Origin: an uncultured virus (IMG/VR IMGVR_UViG_3300043411_002804)
Taxonomy: Duplodnaviria > Heunggongvirae > Uroviricota > Caudoviricetes
Strand: one strand, 5' to 3'
Virus record (IMG/VR): IMGVR_UViG_3300043411_002804
Length of the DNA: 64,000 nt
Shown: positions 27,838-36,981 of the stretch, piece after piece
Position numbering within the stretch: the stretch's first letter is position 1
Layout: the number at the start of each line of letters is the position of its first letter
Notes under the pieces: model-generated
What the model was told of the DNA's origin: nothing
Databases searched by the model: none
What the model saw: the letters and a program-made list of their open reading frames with translations, nothing else
Translations under genes and position numbers: made by a program

Positions 27838-28241
27838 ATGGTCTCCTTTAACAACTTCATGCTGAATATAAGTGGGTATGGAGCTATTGGACTAAACTGC
27901 CTAGCCGTCCAATCTATAAAATATTTATCTAATTTGGAAACAACATGACCTGGCCATGTTGAGTTTATATACCAATGATGGGGTGGGGAATCAAACTCAA
28001 AAACTTCTACATTGGAATATCCAAAGTACATATCCAGAACGCCATTGGAACGAACGACTTCGTCTCTTGTGGAAAAAACCGTTAGTGATGTGGTGACATT
28101 TTTGTTCTTCAACCATTTGTTGAATTTCAATGAGGCAATGATGCACTGCCCATCGGCACCACATGGATCCTCCCATTCGTAATGAAAATCAAGTTCTTTG
28201 AATTCTTTACAAAGTTTTTTTATGTTTTTTAAATTATTCAT
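27834..28241 (-). CDS. hypothetical, possible Cys-His-Asp (papain/transglutaminase-like) fold
   Basis: GQCIIAS..GHVV..IDWTARQF spacing; fold is an inference. Confidence 0.5.
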   Translation of the reverse strand: MNNLKNIKKLCKEFKELDFHYEWEDPCGADGQCIIASLKFNKWLKNKNVTTSLTVFSTRDEVVRSNGVLDMYFGYSNVEVFEFDSPPHHWYINSTWPGHVVSKLDKYFIDWTARQFSPIAPYPLIFSMKLLKETI

Positions 28242-28289
28242 TAAATGAATTCCTTAGAATAAGTCTATTCACTTGGATGACGTGCAAAA

Positions 28290-28360
28290 TGCTTCAAGAA
28301 AGAATCGAACTTCCATTGCCACATTACAAGTGTGGTCCTTTACCATTAAGGGATTGAAGC
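28290..28360 (-). tRNA. tRNA-Thr(TGT)
   Basis: CCACA-CTTGTAA-TGTGG; acceptor stem GCTTCAA/TTGAAGC. Confidence 0.8.
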
Positions 28361-28417
28361 GTTAAACATTAATACTTACTGATGTGCTGAGGTACAAATA
28401 ATTTATTTTTAATATAT

Positions 28418-28711
28418 TCATCTTAAATTCCAGATAGCCTTCTCTTTATCATCGTCATTCAATAATTCAAACCATTCCTCTTCGGGATAATTAATCCCAT
28501 TAAGATACCATCTTTTATATCCACTATAATGTTCAACGGCAGGTCCATCTAATCGATGTAACATACCATTAAGGTACCAATATTTGGTTCCATTGTAATA
28601 TTCAGCAATACCTGTATAATTTTTAGGATAAAGTGTAGCTTTACGTGCCTTTTCAGCACGTCGCTCTTGCATCTTTTTTACATGTCGAAATGATTTACTT
28701 TTTTTACCCAT
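28418..28711 (-). CDS. fusion of a basic N-terminal peptide and an HRxDGPA-family body (singleton)
   Basis: MGKKSKSFRH..ATLY joined to PKNYTG..AIWNLR; GGAGG RBS. Confidence 0.8.
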   Translation of the reverse strand: MGKKSKSFRHVKKMQERRAEKARKATLYPKNYTGIAEYYNGTKYWYLNGMLHRLDGPAVEHYSGYKRWYLNGINYPEEEWFELLNDDDKEKAIWNLR

Positions 28712-28720
28712 TCTGCCTCC

Positions 28721-29158
28721 TTAAACAAATAAGATGTTATCTTCTACCAATATTTTTTCTGCCATATCTTTTGCTAATTCTTTTGTTTCAGCATACCTTA
28801 TGATATTTTTATAATAAACCGACCAATCTTTCCACTCACTTAGTTTTATATTATATTTTTTTAATGCATCTTCATAAGCTTCCTCATTATAATCAATTTC
28901 ATCATCATTATAATCATACACAGTAAGTTCATAAGCATAATCTATGATTTGTGGTTCAATTAACCACATTGATTTGCAAACAATAATACATGGTTCTCCG
29001 TCAACTTTTGTTCGCCACTCGCTTTCTTTTCCATAACGTTGTTTTTTATTAACTGCTGGAACCCATGGACCAACAATATCGATTCCAGATGTTAATATCT
29101 CCCATAAAATCTTTGGATTCTCAAAGACCTGATTTATAATCACATTTGATGTCATCAA
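28721..29158 (-). CDS. hypothetical protein
   Basis: Packed ORF. Confidence 0.65.
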   Translation of the reverse strand: MMTSNVIINQVFENPKILWEILTSGIDIVGPWVPAVNKKQRYGKESEWRTKVDGEPCIIVCKSMWLIEPQIIDYAYELTVYDYNDDEIDYNEEAYEDALKKYNIKLSEWKDWSVYYKNIIRYAETKELAKDMAEKILVEDNILFV

Positions 29159-29330
29159 ATCTCCAAATTATTTTGGGCACACCATTATCATTAGTGAATA
29201 TGCTTTTAACATCGTTAAAAAATTCTATATTATTAACAATATCAATCGCTGCTTGATCATTGATTAAATTTAATGTTAGATATTTATCATTAGAAAAGAA
29301 TAAATAATAACGCTTTAATTGCTTTGTCAT
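29121..29330 (-). CDS. hypothetical protein
   Basis: Packed ORF. Confidence 0.55.
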   Translation of the reverse strand: MTKQLKRYYLFFSNDKYLTLNLINDQAAIDIVNNIEFFNDVKSIFTNDNGVPKIIWRFDDIKCDYKSGL

Positions 29331-29346
29331 ATTTAACTCACAAAAG

Positions 29347-29418
29347 TAGGCTCAAGCCGATTCGAACGGCTGACACTAGTTTAGGAAACTAGGATGATAT
29401 CCTCTTCACCATGAGCCC
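29347..29418 (-). tRNA. tRNA-Arg(CCT)
   Basis: CTAGT-TTCCTAA-ACTAG; T arm AGCCG-TTCGAAT-CGGCT. Confidence 0.85.
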
Positions 29419-29454
29419 ATAAATTTTTAACTTGGACTAAAATTCGCTTAAAGA

Positions 29455-29805
29455 TTACTTGCTTTCTTTTAAGAATTTTTTAGTCATTCTTAATAAGCGT
29501 TTTCTTTTGTTGATACTTCTCTGACTTTCTTTAAGTTTACGTTCTTCATCAAGAATCTTTTGGTCCTCTGTTAATTTACGTTCTTCAATTTCTTGAGAGA
29601 TTGGTTTACGTTTATAACGGACTTCTAATCTTGGATAACTTTCGCCATAATAACCTTCCTCTATGATGGCGCTAATCTCAATATTAGCCAATGATATTTC
29701 TGGATTATCATTTATTATTTTTTCAAATAAAATCACTAAATCTTTTGCAGAATCAGAATCAAAGGTTTTAACTATTACTTCTTGATGATAATTAAATTTT
29801 TCCAC
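29455..29805 (-). CDS. hypothetical protein (GTG start; the ORF-track start overlaps tRNA-Ala)
   Basis: GGAG RBS before GTG 29805. Confidence 0.65.
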   Translation of the reverse strand: MEKFNYHQEVIVKTFDSDSAKDLVILFEKIINDNPEISLANIEISAIIEEGYYGESYPRLEVRYKRKPISQEIEERKLTEDQKILDEERKLKESQRSINKRKRLLRMTKKFLKESK

Positions 29806-29819
29806 TTTATAACTCCATA

Positions 29820-29892
29820 TGGAGAATAGGGGGTTCGAACCCCTAACCTCTGCATTGCAAATGCAGCGCTCTCCCAATTGAGCTAATCCCCC
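29820..29892 (-). tRNA. tRNA-Ala(TGC)
   Basis: CTGCA-TTTGCAA-TGCAG; G3:U70 identity pair. Confidence 0.92.
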
Positions 29893-29904
29893 TTTTCTTT
29901 CACC

Positions 29905-30168
29905 TTAGGATTTGATTTTTAATGCATGTAATTTTGCACCTTCTAAATCTGGCCCATAACAATCTCCATCCCCATCTGAAAAATGAATTCCCCAATAAAT
30001 AGAAGAATCTTTCTGTTGACCATAATTATGGTAAATTGTTATTTCGATATCATTATCTTTCCACAAAAGAACGTGAATAGGATGCTCATAATCAAAACCA
30101 TCAATACATAAGGATGCGCCGTAGATTTCAAATTCACGCTCCGATGGTAGAAACTCTTTCCAAATCAT
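29905..30168 (-). CDS. hypothetical protein (start MIWKEF)
   Basis: GGAG RBS before ATG 30168. Confidence 0.65.
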   Translation of the reverse strand: MIWKEFLPSEREFEIYGASLCIDGFDYEHPIHVLLWKDNDIEITIYHNYGQQKDSSIYWGIHFSDGDGDCYGPDLEGAKLHALKIKS

Positions 30169-30193
30169 ATTATCTCCAATTAGAGTTGTTAAA

Positions 30194-30271
30194 TCGGGGT
30201 AGATGGATTCGAACCACCGTGTAACCAAGCTAGCCTTTCGACCGTTTATCAGACGGAGGGCATATACCCCG
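30194..30271 (-). ncRNA. aberrant tRNA-Ile(GAT)-like RNA lacking a D arm
   Basis: Acceptor stem CGGGGTA/TACCCCG, CCGT-CTGATAA-ACGG, T arm GGTGG-TTCGAAT-CCATC; only 8 nt between acceptor and anticodon arm; 23-nt variable region. Confidence 0.65.
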
Positions 30272-30430
30272 GAAATAAAATTTCATAATGTCGTCATTAA
30301 TCCTTTTTATTCTTTATTAGGAGATGACGGAAAGTCTCTTCAAGAGCCTTCTGATCCATGTTGGTAAATTTTTCATTCTTTTCCTGCATTTTCTTTAAAT
30401 GCTTTCTTGGTTTTTTTGAATTCTTTTTAT

Positions 30431-30616
30431 TCATAGATCATGCTCTTCTAAATTTAGATCTGAAGCTTCAATTGCAGCATATTCTTCGCAATAAAAGATC
30501 TGACTTTTCCAAGAGCTTGTTGTATCAATAACAACAAAAACTTCCGGCCATTCGTCTTCAGGCTCTGAAGGATAAAAATCTGGATCTGGAATAGACTGAA
30601 CTTGATAACGAATCAT
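30431..30616 (-). CDS. hypothetical acidic protein
   Basis: AGGA RBS. Confidence 0.55.
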   Translation of the reverse strand: MIRYQVQSIPDPDFYPSEPEDEWPEVFVVIDTTSSWKSQIFYCEEYAAIEASDLNLEEHDL

Positions 30617-30632
30617 TTTTATTCCTAAAGAG

Positions 30633-30709
30633 TTGGGACGGTTGGATTCGAACCAACGACATATAAAGAGGTCAGAGCTCTTTGACTTAAACCACTTGTC
30701 GACGTCCCA
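30633..30709 (-). tRNA. tRNA-Gln(CTG)
   Basis: U1-A72 acceptor stem; AAGAG-CTCTGAC-CTCTT. Confidence 0.82.
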
Positions 30710-30722
30710 AAAATCATGTTAA

Positions 30723-31052
30723 CTAACGATCATATTCAGTTGACTGTTCCTTAAGGAACAGATCTATGAAAGTTCTATTAACATTATTATCTTCACATCG
30801 TCGAATTGCTTCGCTTATAGTGCATGGAGTGAAATACAATTCATCATTCCAACTAATGGTTCCGTTAGGATTGATGGCGGCCCGCTTTTCTAAAATCAAA
30901 TCTCGTAACGCAAATGTCCATTCCTCTGCGGTTGGAGGCACAGGAAGAAAGTTTCTAATGTGAAAGAATCTTTCAAAGGACAAACATTGATGTTGGTTCA
31001 TTGCCATCATAGCGAATAAAGTATGAGCACAAGAAATCATTTTAAGCTCCAA
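30723..31052 (-). CDS. hypothetical protein
   Basis: ORF between tRNAs; start probably the second Met. Confidence 0.6.
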   Translation of the reverse strand: MELKMISCAHTLFAMMAMNQHQCLSFERFFHIRNFLPVPPTAEEWTFALRDLILEKRAAINPNGTISWNDELYFTPCTISEAIRRCEDNNVNRTFIDLFLKEQSTEYDR

Positions 31053-31068
31053 GTAATTATGAATATAA

Positions 31069-31141
31069 TGGGATGTAAAGGACTCGAACCTTTGACCAAG
31101 AGATTAAGAGTCTCCTGCTCTACCAACTGAGCTAACATCCC
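31069..31141 (-). tRNA. tRNA-Lys(CTT), second near-identical copy
   Basis: Near-identical to 25779-25851, with compensatory stem changes. Confidence 0.9.
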
Positions 31142-31149
31142 TTTAAAAA

Positions 31150-31437
31150 TTAGAAAATTATACTTAAAGAAACATCTTCAATTTTCATGATTTTGATAAT
31201 AGAGAAATGATTTTCTGGCAACCAATCTGTTCCGCTTTGGTACTTTAACCTATTCCAGTATTGTCGATTATCCACATTAACGGGAGAAATTAATTGTAGA
31301 TTAAGATACCTAGGTTGATTTAAGCCTCTACAAGCGAGACAACCATTAAGACAACTATGGTAAATAAATTGCGCTAAGTAGATACCTTCAGCATATGTTA
31401 TGTTAGAATCAAAAAACTCCCAATTCATATTACACAC
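31150..31437 (-). CDS. hypothetical protein
   Basis: Packed ORF. Confidence 0.55.
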   Translation of the reverse strand: MCNMNWEFFDSNITYAEGIYLAQFIYHSCLNGCLACRGLNQPRYLNLQLISPVNVDNRQYWNRLKYQSGTDWLPENHFSIIKIMKIEDVSLSIIF

Positions 31438-31514
31438 TCGCTTTAAAATTGATAAACCAAGAGCTTGGTTCAGTTGTCCTGATCAACGCCCCGCATATCT
31501 TACTCATAAAAGAG

Positions 31515-31586
31515 TTGGTCCAGCCCGACTCGAACAGGATTCTCAGGTGCCAAAAACCTGGGTTTTACCATATAAACTATGGACCA
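31515..31586 (-). tRNA. tRNA-Gln(TTG)
   Basis: Acceptor stem TGGTCCA/TGGACCA; CAGGT-TTTTGGC-ACCTG. Confidence 0.8.
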
Positions 31587-31675
31587 ATAACTTAAGGATA
31601 TTTTTTACAAGCAAAAGAGTTTTTTTCTCTCTCTCTTTTCTTCTAGTATAGGTTTAATACTAGATTAATCAATCT

Positions 31676-31930
31676 TTACCATGAAAAATTATCAACCTCT
31701 TTTTGACACTTAGAACATTCATTATGGATGAAATCCGATAAATAAATGTAATCGGCAATACAATCTTCTGCGTATGTCATAGAGTCAACATTCTTTAAAA
31801 AGTAAGCAATCAAACATGGATACTTTTCAGGTGGATAATTTTCCAGATCCGAAACATAAATCTTATCCTTCTTCATACCAGAAATCCAAATATCAAAATC
31901 ATCCTCAGTTCGAATCAGGGTCTTATACAT
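31676..31930 (-). CDS. hypothetical protein
   Basis: GGAG RBS before MYKTL. Confidence 0.6.
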   Translation of the reverse strand: MYKTLIRTEDDFDIWISGMKKDKIYVSDLENYPPEKYPCLIAYFLKNVDSMTYAEDCIADYIYLSDFIHNECSKCQKEVDNFSW

Positions 31931-31932
31931 TT

Positions 31933-32292
31933 TTAACTCCACATAATCAAATAATATTTCTTGAAAAGGCGTAAAGTTTTATCAAATTTAGATTCGTTTC
32001 CTGTCGCCATTTCTTTAAATCCATCAACGATCTTCTTAAAAACCATGGACTTCTTAATCTCTGCCTCCCGCAGTTCCTTGTCAGTATAATCACAACAACC
32101 GTTGGAGAAGAAAGATGAATTGACGCCGTTTTCTTTTCCGCAACCCTCAATCCAATAAGCAATTAAAATTGATAAAAGACTATGATCATAGAATCCAAAT
32201 TCCCAATCATCATCCATCAAATCATTGATCCGAATCCATTTATAGAATTCTTCTGCCCAAACATGAATTGATTTATTCAATTTATCAGACAT
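31933..32292 (-). CDS. hypothetical protein
   Basis: Packed ORF. Confidence 0.65.
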   Translation of the reverse strand: MSDKLNKSIHVWAEEFYKWIRINDLMDDDWEFGFYDHSLLSILIAYWIEGCGKENGVNSSFFSNGCCDYTDKELREAEIKKSMVFKKIVDGFKEMATGNESKFDKTLRLFKKYYLIMWS

Positions 32293-32376
32293 TTTTAACT
32301 CTCTTTATGTAGAGTAGATTCCCAAATCATAAATTAGAACAGCAAATAGCACTTCACATATTCCTATATAAAAAAG

Positions 32377-32465
32377 AGGGTGAAGAGAGATTCGAACTCC
32401 CAATGTTTACCATGAAGGATCGGAGCTACAATCCGACGCTAGACCACCATCCTAGCAGTTCACCC
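32377..32465 (-). tRNA. tRNA-Tyr(GTA), atypical (U discriminator, weak variable arm)
   Basis: Acceptor stem GGGTGAA/TTCACCC; TCGGA-TTGTAGC-TCCGA; GCTAG/CTAGC D stem. Confidence 0.7.
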
Positions 32466-32472
32466 TTAAAAT

Positions 32473-32655
32473 TTAGTCTTCAGATTCGTTGATTGCTTTC
32501 TTGCGATCACTGCTACGCGATCGCCGCTTTTCAGCTTTACTTGTGTGAGTTGCAGCTCGACCACGATAAATGGTCAGCAAATTCATTTCCTTGAAAATTT
32601 CACGGATAATACCACGACTCTGTGCGTTGGTCTTGTTTGCTGAATTTTTCGCCAT
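32473..32655 (-). CDS. small basic protein
   Basis: GGAGG RBS right after the promoter motif. Confidence 0.7.
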   Translation of the reverse strand: MAKNSANKTNAQSRGIIREIFKEMNLLTIYRGRAATHTSKAEKRRSRSSDRKKAINESED

Positions 32656-32676
32656 CTTAAACCTCCGCTCTGTCTA

Positions 32677-32704
32677 AGTATACCTAAATATTTTTTTTTA
32701 GCAA
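32677..32704 (-). promoter_or_regulatory. conserved phage promoter motif
   Basis: TTGCTA-N16-TATACT. Confidence 0.7.
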
Positions 32705-32709
32705 ACTTT

Positions 32710-32955
32710 TTAAAGTGCCTGTCTCTTTAGGACCAAACAAACCGCGGTAAACATCTGTTCAATCTCCGCATCATGTTCGGTTGTAATGAAGTGCTTAAAT
32801 CCTGGGGCAATTAATCTTAAACAACGTTTGTTTCTAAAAATTGTTCTAGGCATTATATCTACGGATATAATCTGCGCCAAATTAACAACTAGATTACCAT
32901 CCCGTAACATACTGCCTGTTATTAACACATCTTTATTTGAGAAGTAAGTTTTCAT
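32710..32955 (-). CDS. hypothetical protein (possible bacterial PH-like domain)
   Basis: GAGGTG RBS; beta strands followed by a C-terminal helix. Confidence 0.6.
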   Translation of the reverse strand: MKTYFSNKDVLITGSMLRDGNLVVNLAQIISVDIMPRTIFRNKRCLRLIAPGFKHFITTEHDAEIEQMFTAVCLVLKRQAL

Positions 32956-33030
32956 GTTATCACCTCAATTAAAAAAAACTATTAGTAGGCGTTTATGCTA
33001 ATATTAGTCATAAAATTAAGGAAAAACAAT

Positions 33031-33615
33031 ATGTCTGTAAATAAAACATTACTTAATGCCACCAAATTAATGAATCCAAACCTTCGTCATATCTTAGAAT
33101 TTGGCGTTTTTCGTGGCAAAACAATAAAACAACTCAGAAAAACCTTAGGGGATGAATATAAAATTTTTGGATTTGATTCTTTCGAAGGACTTCCCGAGGA
33201 ATGGGAAGGTGTGAATGCGCCCAATTTTTCAACCAATGGGAGCATTCCTAATATTCCAAGGGTAACCTTTTTCAAGGGATGGTTTAAAGACACCATACCT
33301 TCTTATTTAGAAATAGGCGAATCTATTGCATTACTTCATGTTGATTGTGATTTATATTCTTCAACAAAAACTGTTTTAGCTGAGCTTAATCATTTAATTG
33401 TTCCATCAACAATAATTGTTTTTGACGAATGGTTTTATAATCATTTAAACATTCCAGCAAATTGCCAACATGAGCAGAAGGCATTTTACGAATGGGTTTC
33501 TGAATTTAATAGATCATACGAATTATTACCTGTTTTAGAGGATGAAAGACAGGCCGTTATGATCACTGCGACAATTGAGAAAAATTCTTCAGAAGAAGAA
33601 CATAGCGAATATTAA
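33031..33615 (+). CDS. TylF/MycF-family O-methyltransferase
   Basis: LEFGVFRG, GFDSFEGLPE, KGWFKDT, LHVDCDLYSST, IVFDE. Confidence 0.85.
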   Translation: MSVNKTLLNATKLMNPNLRHILEFGVFRGKTIKQLRKTLGDEYKIFGFDSFEGLPEEWEGVNAPNFSTNGSIPNIPRVTFFKGWFKDTIPSYLEIGESIALLHVDCDLYSSTKTVLAELNHLIVPSTIIVFDEWFYNHLNIPANCQHEQKAFYEWVSEFNRSYELLPVLEDERQAVMITATIEKNSSEEEHSEY

Positions 33616-33728
33616 ATAAGTACAGCCCCGCCTGCCGTACTCTATCCATTCCCCATTGGCTTTTGGTCGCCAAAATTTTGAATGAATGCCCGAGGATTAC
33701 GATTCCTCTCCACGTTAAAAGAGATTCC

Positions 33729-33980
33729 TCAAAAAGAATAATATCCAGGTTTAATTACTTCACCCTTTTCAAGTGAATCCTCAAGAAAATTATATAATTC
33801 ATAAAACCACAAATCTGTGTTTGATTCTGGTATGAATTCCATAAAATTCATTTCATATGAAGAATCACCTTGTGGAAAAACTAAATAACATTCATATGGT
33901 TCATTTAAGTAATCATCAGAAATTCTGATTGCAATCAGATCCCTATGAATTTCTTTTGCCTTAAAAAACAATTCTTTCAT
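33729..33980 (-). CDS. hypothetical protein
   Basis: GAGG RBS. Confidence 0.6.
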   Translation of the reverse strand: MKELFFKAKEIHRDLIAIRISDDYLNEPYECYLVFPQGDSSYEMNFMEFIPESNTDLWFYELYNFLEDSLEKGEVIKPGYYSF

Positions 33981-34014
33981 GATGAAAGCCTCATCTTCAT
34001 AGGTAGAATCGTAC

Positions 34015-34275
34015 TTACATGGGATGCTGGGCTAAATTTGATTCGTACCACCATTTATCCATTAGTGGATAATTGACTGTCCAAACATCATCAGGAATAA
34101 TGCTGAACGTATCAACATCTAGAAATTCGCAAGTTAGATCTAACACCAGATCTGGATCGAAAAATGGCGTACCATCATACAATTCATACCAACAAATGGT
34201 GTCGTTGCAACAAATATAAATATCCTCACACTCAGTGAGAAGGCTTGATACGTTATAATCTATACAATCAATCAT
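34015..34275 (-). CDS. hypothetical acidic protein
   Basis: GGAGG RBS. Confidence 0.6.
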   Translation of the reverse strand: MIDCIDYNVSSLLTECEDIYICCNDTICWYELYDGTPFFDPDLVLDLTCEFLDVDTFSIIPDDVWTVNYPLMDKWWYESNLAQHPM

Positions 34276-34449
34276 GATCTACCTCCATTGTATGAAATTA
34301 CAAGAATAAGTTTTGAAAATATCTACAAGAAAAGACGGGTCATTTTTAATAAATTCTGTCTGCGCCAAATCTTCATAGAACTCCAAATCTAAAATATATC
34401 CAAAGTATATATCTGAGAATTGATTGTTCAACAAATGTTCTTTTGACAA

Positions 34450-34803
34450 CTATTTACTCTTTTCCATTTTTAGCTCTGCTTCTACTCGTGTCAAACGAAG
34501 TAGAAGTCGAAGGGCGATTTGGTGAGATTTATCTTTCCACCATGAAGGAATACGAGAACCAGGGTTAGTATCAGAAATCGAAAACATAAACCACAAATCA
34601 TCGAGATCTGAATCAGAAAGATCATCTCCAATATACTTATGGCAAGAACCCTGTAGATCACCGATTTGTCGGAGTAAGTCGAGATATGATTGCATTTCTA
34701 AATCTGTAACTTCTCCGAATAAAGCTCCACACCGTTTTCCCTGTTTAAGCAACTGTTCATATAGTGAAGATAAACGATATGCGTCTTCTTGGCGATTAGA
34801 CAT
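34450..34803 (-). CDS. hypothetical protein
   Basis: Packed ORF. Confidence 0.65.
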   Translation of the reverse strand: MSNRQEDAYRLSSLYEQLLKQGKRCGALFGEVTDLEMQSYLDLLRQIGDLQGSCHKYIGDDLSDSDLDDLWFMFSISDTNPGSRIPSWWKDKSHQIALRLLLRLTRVEAELKMEKSK

Positions 34804-34809
34804 TATATT

Positions 34810-35553
34810 TTAACCCTTAAGTTGTCGAGGAGAAATTCCAATGCCCGCAGGAGTACCCTTTGAACCAATACCATTTGAAAGTCGAACATTCTGACCAGCT
34901 TGGTACCCACTTGCATTGTGAGAATAATTCGAAGCCGAACGATTCCTCAATCGCATCTGAGAGTTAACCCAATCATTTACGGCATTATACCTTGACAAAA
35001 CAAGGGCGTTACTATCCCTGTTTTCAGCTCCGTTATTAACGGACTTAATCTTGCGAAGCTTATCAGCTACACCTGCTACAGCGGACATTTTAAAATCATT
35101 TGCGGAACCCTTACCAGAACCATTCGATGCAGATGATGGTAGGGTTGAACTAAAAGGATTAAAAGAATCCTTTCGCTTTTCACTCTTCATGAATTGTTCA
35201 CACTTGTTTTCAATCTGAAGACGAATCAGGTCAAACAAATATTCACAAACCTCAAGGTCTGCGGAATGTCCAGCGATGCCAACATTACGTGTTCCTGTAA
35301 TAATCCACATCTTACAGGAGCAAAAGATTGCAACCTGATGCAAAAGGTTTCTTGTCCAATTTGACCGACCAACCTCTTGGGTAATTTGAATAATTACCTC
35401 CTTTTCCTGAAGATGATGCATTTCAATAGCATGCTCTCGCATCAACTTCTCTGCAATTTTTGCTGCAACTTCCCCTTCTGGAAGACCATGCTGATCTTCA
35501 GCCATAGCAAGTAGGGCCTTAATCTTATTAACAATCTTTTCATTATCATTCAT
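34810..35553 (-). CDS. DUF2786-domain protein
   Basis: KIKALLAMA..E...A...A.KLM..H.I N-terminus; GYQAG near the C-terminus. Confidence 0.75.
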   Translation of the reverse strand: MNDNEKIVNKIKALLAMAEDQHGLPEGEVAAKIAEKLMREHAIEMHHLQEKEVIIQITQEVGRSNWTRNLLHQVAIFCSCKMWIITGTRNVGIAGHSADLEVCEYLFDLIRLQIENKCEQFMKSEKRKDSFNPFSSTLPSSASNGSGKGSANDFKMSAVAGVADKLRKIKSVNNGAENRDSNALVLSRYNAVNDWVNSQMRLRNRSASNYSHNASGYQAGQNVRLSNGIGSKGTPAGIGISPRQLKG

Positions 35554-35602
35554 TTTGAAATCCTCTGTTGAAGATGATAATTGAAATTATTTCATACACC
35601 TA

Positions 35603-35630
35603 AATATAACTCATTATCTTTTTTTAGCAA
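35603..35630 (-). promoter_or_regulatory. conserved phage promoter motif
   Basis: TTGCTA-N16-TATATT. Confidence 0.7.
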
Positions 35631-35652
35631 AACCCGAATGATAATTTTATAT

Positions 35653-36090
35653 CTAGATGTTTTTCTTCAGTGTTTTTCTAACCGAAATAAGAGCTTTGCC
35701 CAACAAATCTCTTCCTCCTGGAAAATTAGGGCCGCCGCCCCACCAAGGATCATTACAGTCCTCATGAATATTTTCGCTTCCTGTTTCTAACAAAATCTCA
35801 GATAACATAGGGTTTTGAGAAAATTTAGCTAATAGTATATCAATCATAATTTGATATTTTACCTTATCCCAATCTGGACGTAATTTCACTTTACGACCTA
35901 TTTTTTTAGCTTCTGCTGGGTTTGTTGTTTTTTTAATTTTAAGCTGATATTCTTTGTCAAAGGATTTGGCCGACATGTATGCTTGTTCACTATTTGACCA
36001 AACAAATCCGTTCCATTTAAATTTACAAGCATACCAGTTTGAAAAAGATTTATATGGTCCAGATTTATGACCATAAAATAAAATTGGCAT
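35653..36090 (-). CDS. NADAR (YbiA-like) family protein
   Basis: FSNWY, SEQAYMSAK, AKKIGR, W..VK..IM, AKFSQN, LLETG, WGG..G.DLLG. Confidence 0.88.
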   Translation of the reverse strand: MPILFYGHKSGPYKSFSNWYACKFKWNGFVWSNSEQAYMSAKSFDKEYQLKIKKTTNPAEAKKIGRKVKLRPDWDKVKYQIMIDILLAKFSQNPMLSEILLETGSENIHEDCNDPWWGGGPNFPGGRDLLGKALISVRKTLKKNI

Positions 36091-36173
36091 TTTTATTTTT
36101 CCTTTTAATTATTTGGATCTATCTCATTAAACATTATTTTCATAGCATCATCAACAATTTACTTTTATAGTAT

Positions 36174-36491
36174 TCATCTTAAATTCCAAATTGCTTTCTC
36201 TTTATCTTCTTCACTTAATTGTTCAAACCATTCCTCTTGAGAATAATTAATTCCATTAAGATACCATGCTTTATATCCATCAGAACTTTCAATAGCTGGC
36301 CCATCTATTCGATGCTTTTTACCATTAAGATACCACCATTTATCTCCATTAACAAATTCAACAGCAGGTCCATCAACCCGATGACATAGGCCGTTAAAAT
36401 ACCATTCTTTATCTCCATAATAATAATATTCAGCAATACCTGTATAGTTTTTTGGTATATCACCCCAATCATTTACTTTTAAAGTATTCAT
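36174..36491 (-). CDS. HRxDGPA-repeat family protein (array D)
   Basis: Family signature; ATGA overlap. Confidence 0.85.
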   Translation of the reverse strand: MNTLKVNDWGDIPKNYTGIAEYYYYGDKEWYFNGLCHRVDGPAVEFVNGDKWWYLNGKKHRIDGPAIESSDGYKAWYLNGINYSQEEWFEQLSEEDKEKAIWNLR

Positions 36492-36733
36492 TTTAGATTC
36501 CAGATCGCTTCTAATTTATCTTCCTCAATTAATTTCTCAAACCATTCCTCTTGAGAATAATTGACCCCATTAAGATACCATGCTTTCCCTCCATCATACC
36601 ACTCAATAGCAGGACCATCTACGCGATGGTATCGACCATTAAGATACCATACTTTCATATTCATTGAATATTCCACAATACCTGTATAGTTTTTTGGTAT
36701 ATCACCCCAATGATTTACTTTTAAAATATTCAT
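36488..36733 (-). CDS. HRxDGPA-repeat family protein (array D)
   Basis: Family signature; ATGA overlap. Confidence 0.85.
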   Translation of the reverse strand: MNILKVNHWGDIPKNYTGIVEYSMNMKVWYLNGRYHRVDGPAIEWYDGGKAWYLNGVNYSQEEWFEKLIEEDKLEAIWNLK

Positions 36734-36981
36734 CTTAGATTCCAGATCGCTTCTAATTTATCCTCTTCACTTAATCGCTCAAACCATTCCTCTTGAGTAT
36801 GTCTAATACCCATAAGATACCAAGATTTAGAGCCATCTATATATTCTACGGCCGGTCCGTCTTCCCGATGTAATTTCCCATTAAGATACCATACTTTGTT
36901 TCCATTAAAATATTCAGCAACACCTGTATAATTTTTTGGTATTTCTCTCAAATCCTTAAATTTCATATAGATCATCTTCAT
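36730..36981 (-). CDS. HRxDGPA-repeat family protein (array D)
   Basis: Family signature; ATGA overlap. Confidence 0.85.
   Translation of the reverse strand: MKMIYMKFKDLREIPKNYTGVAEYFNGNKVWYLNGKLHREDGPAVEYIDGSKSWYLMGIRHTQEEWFERLSEEDKLEAIWNLR

Noticed and set aside
29806..30228. ORF-track N-termini of 29455-29877 and 29905-30228
   Set aside because: They run through tRNA-Ala and the Ile-like RNA; RBS-supported starts lie at 29805 and 30168.
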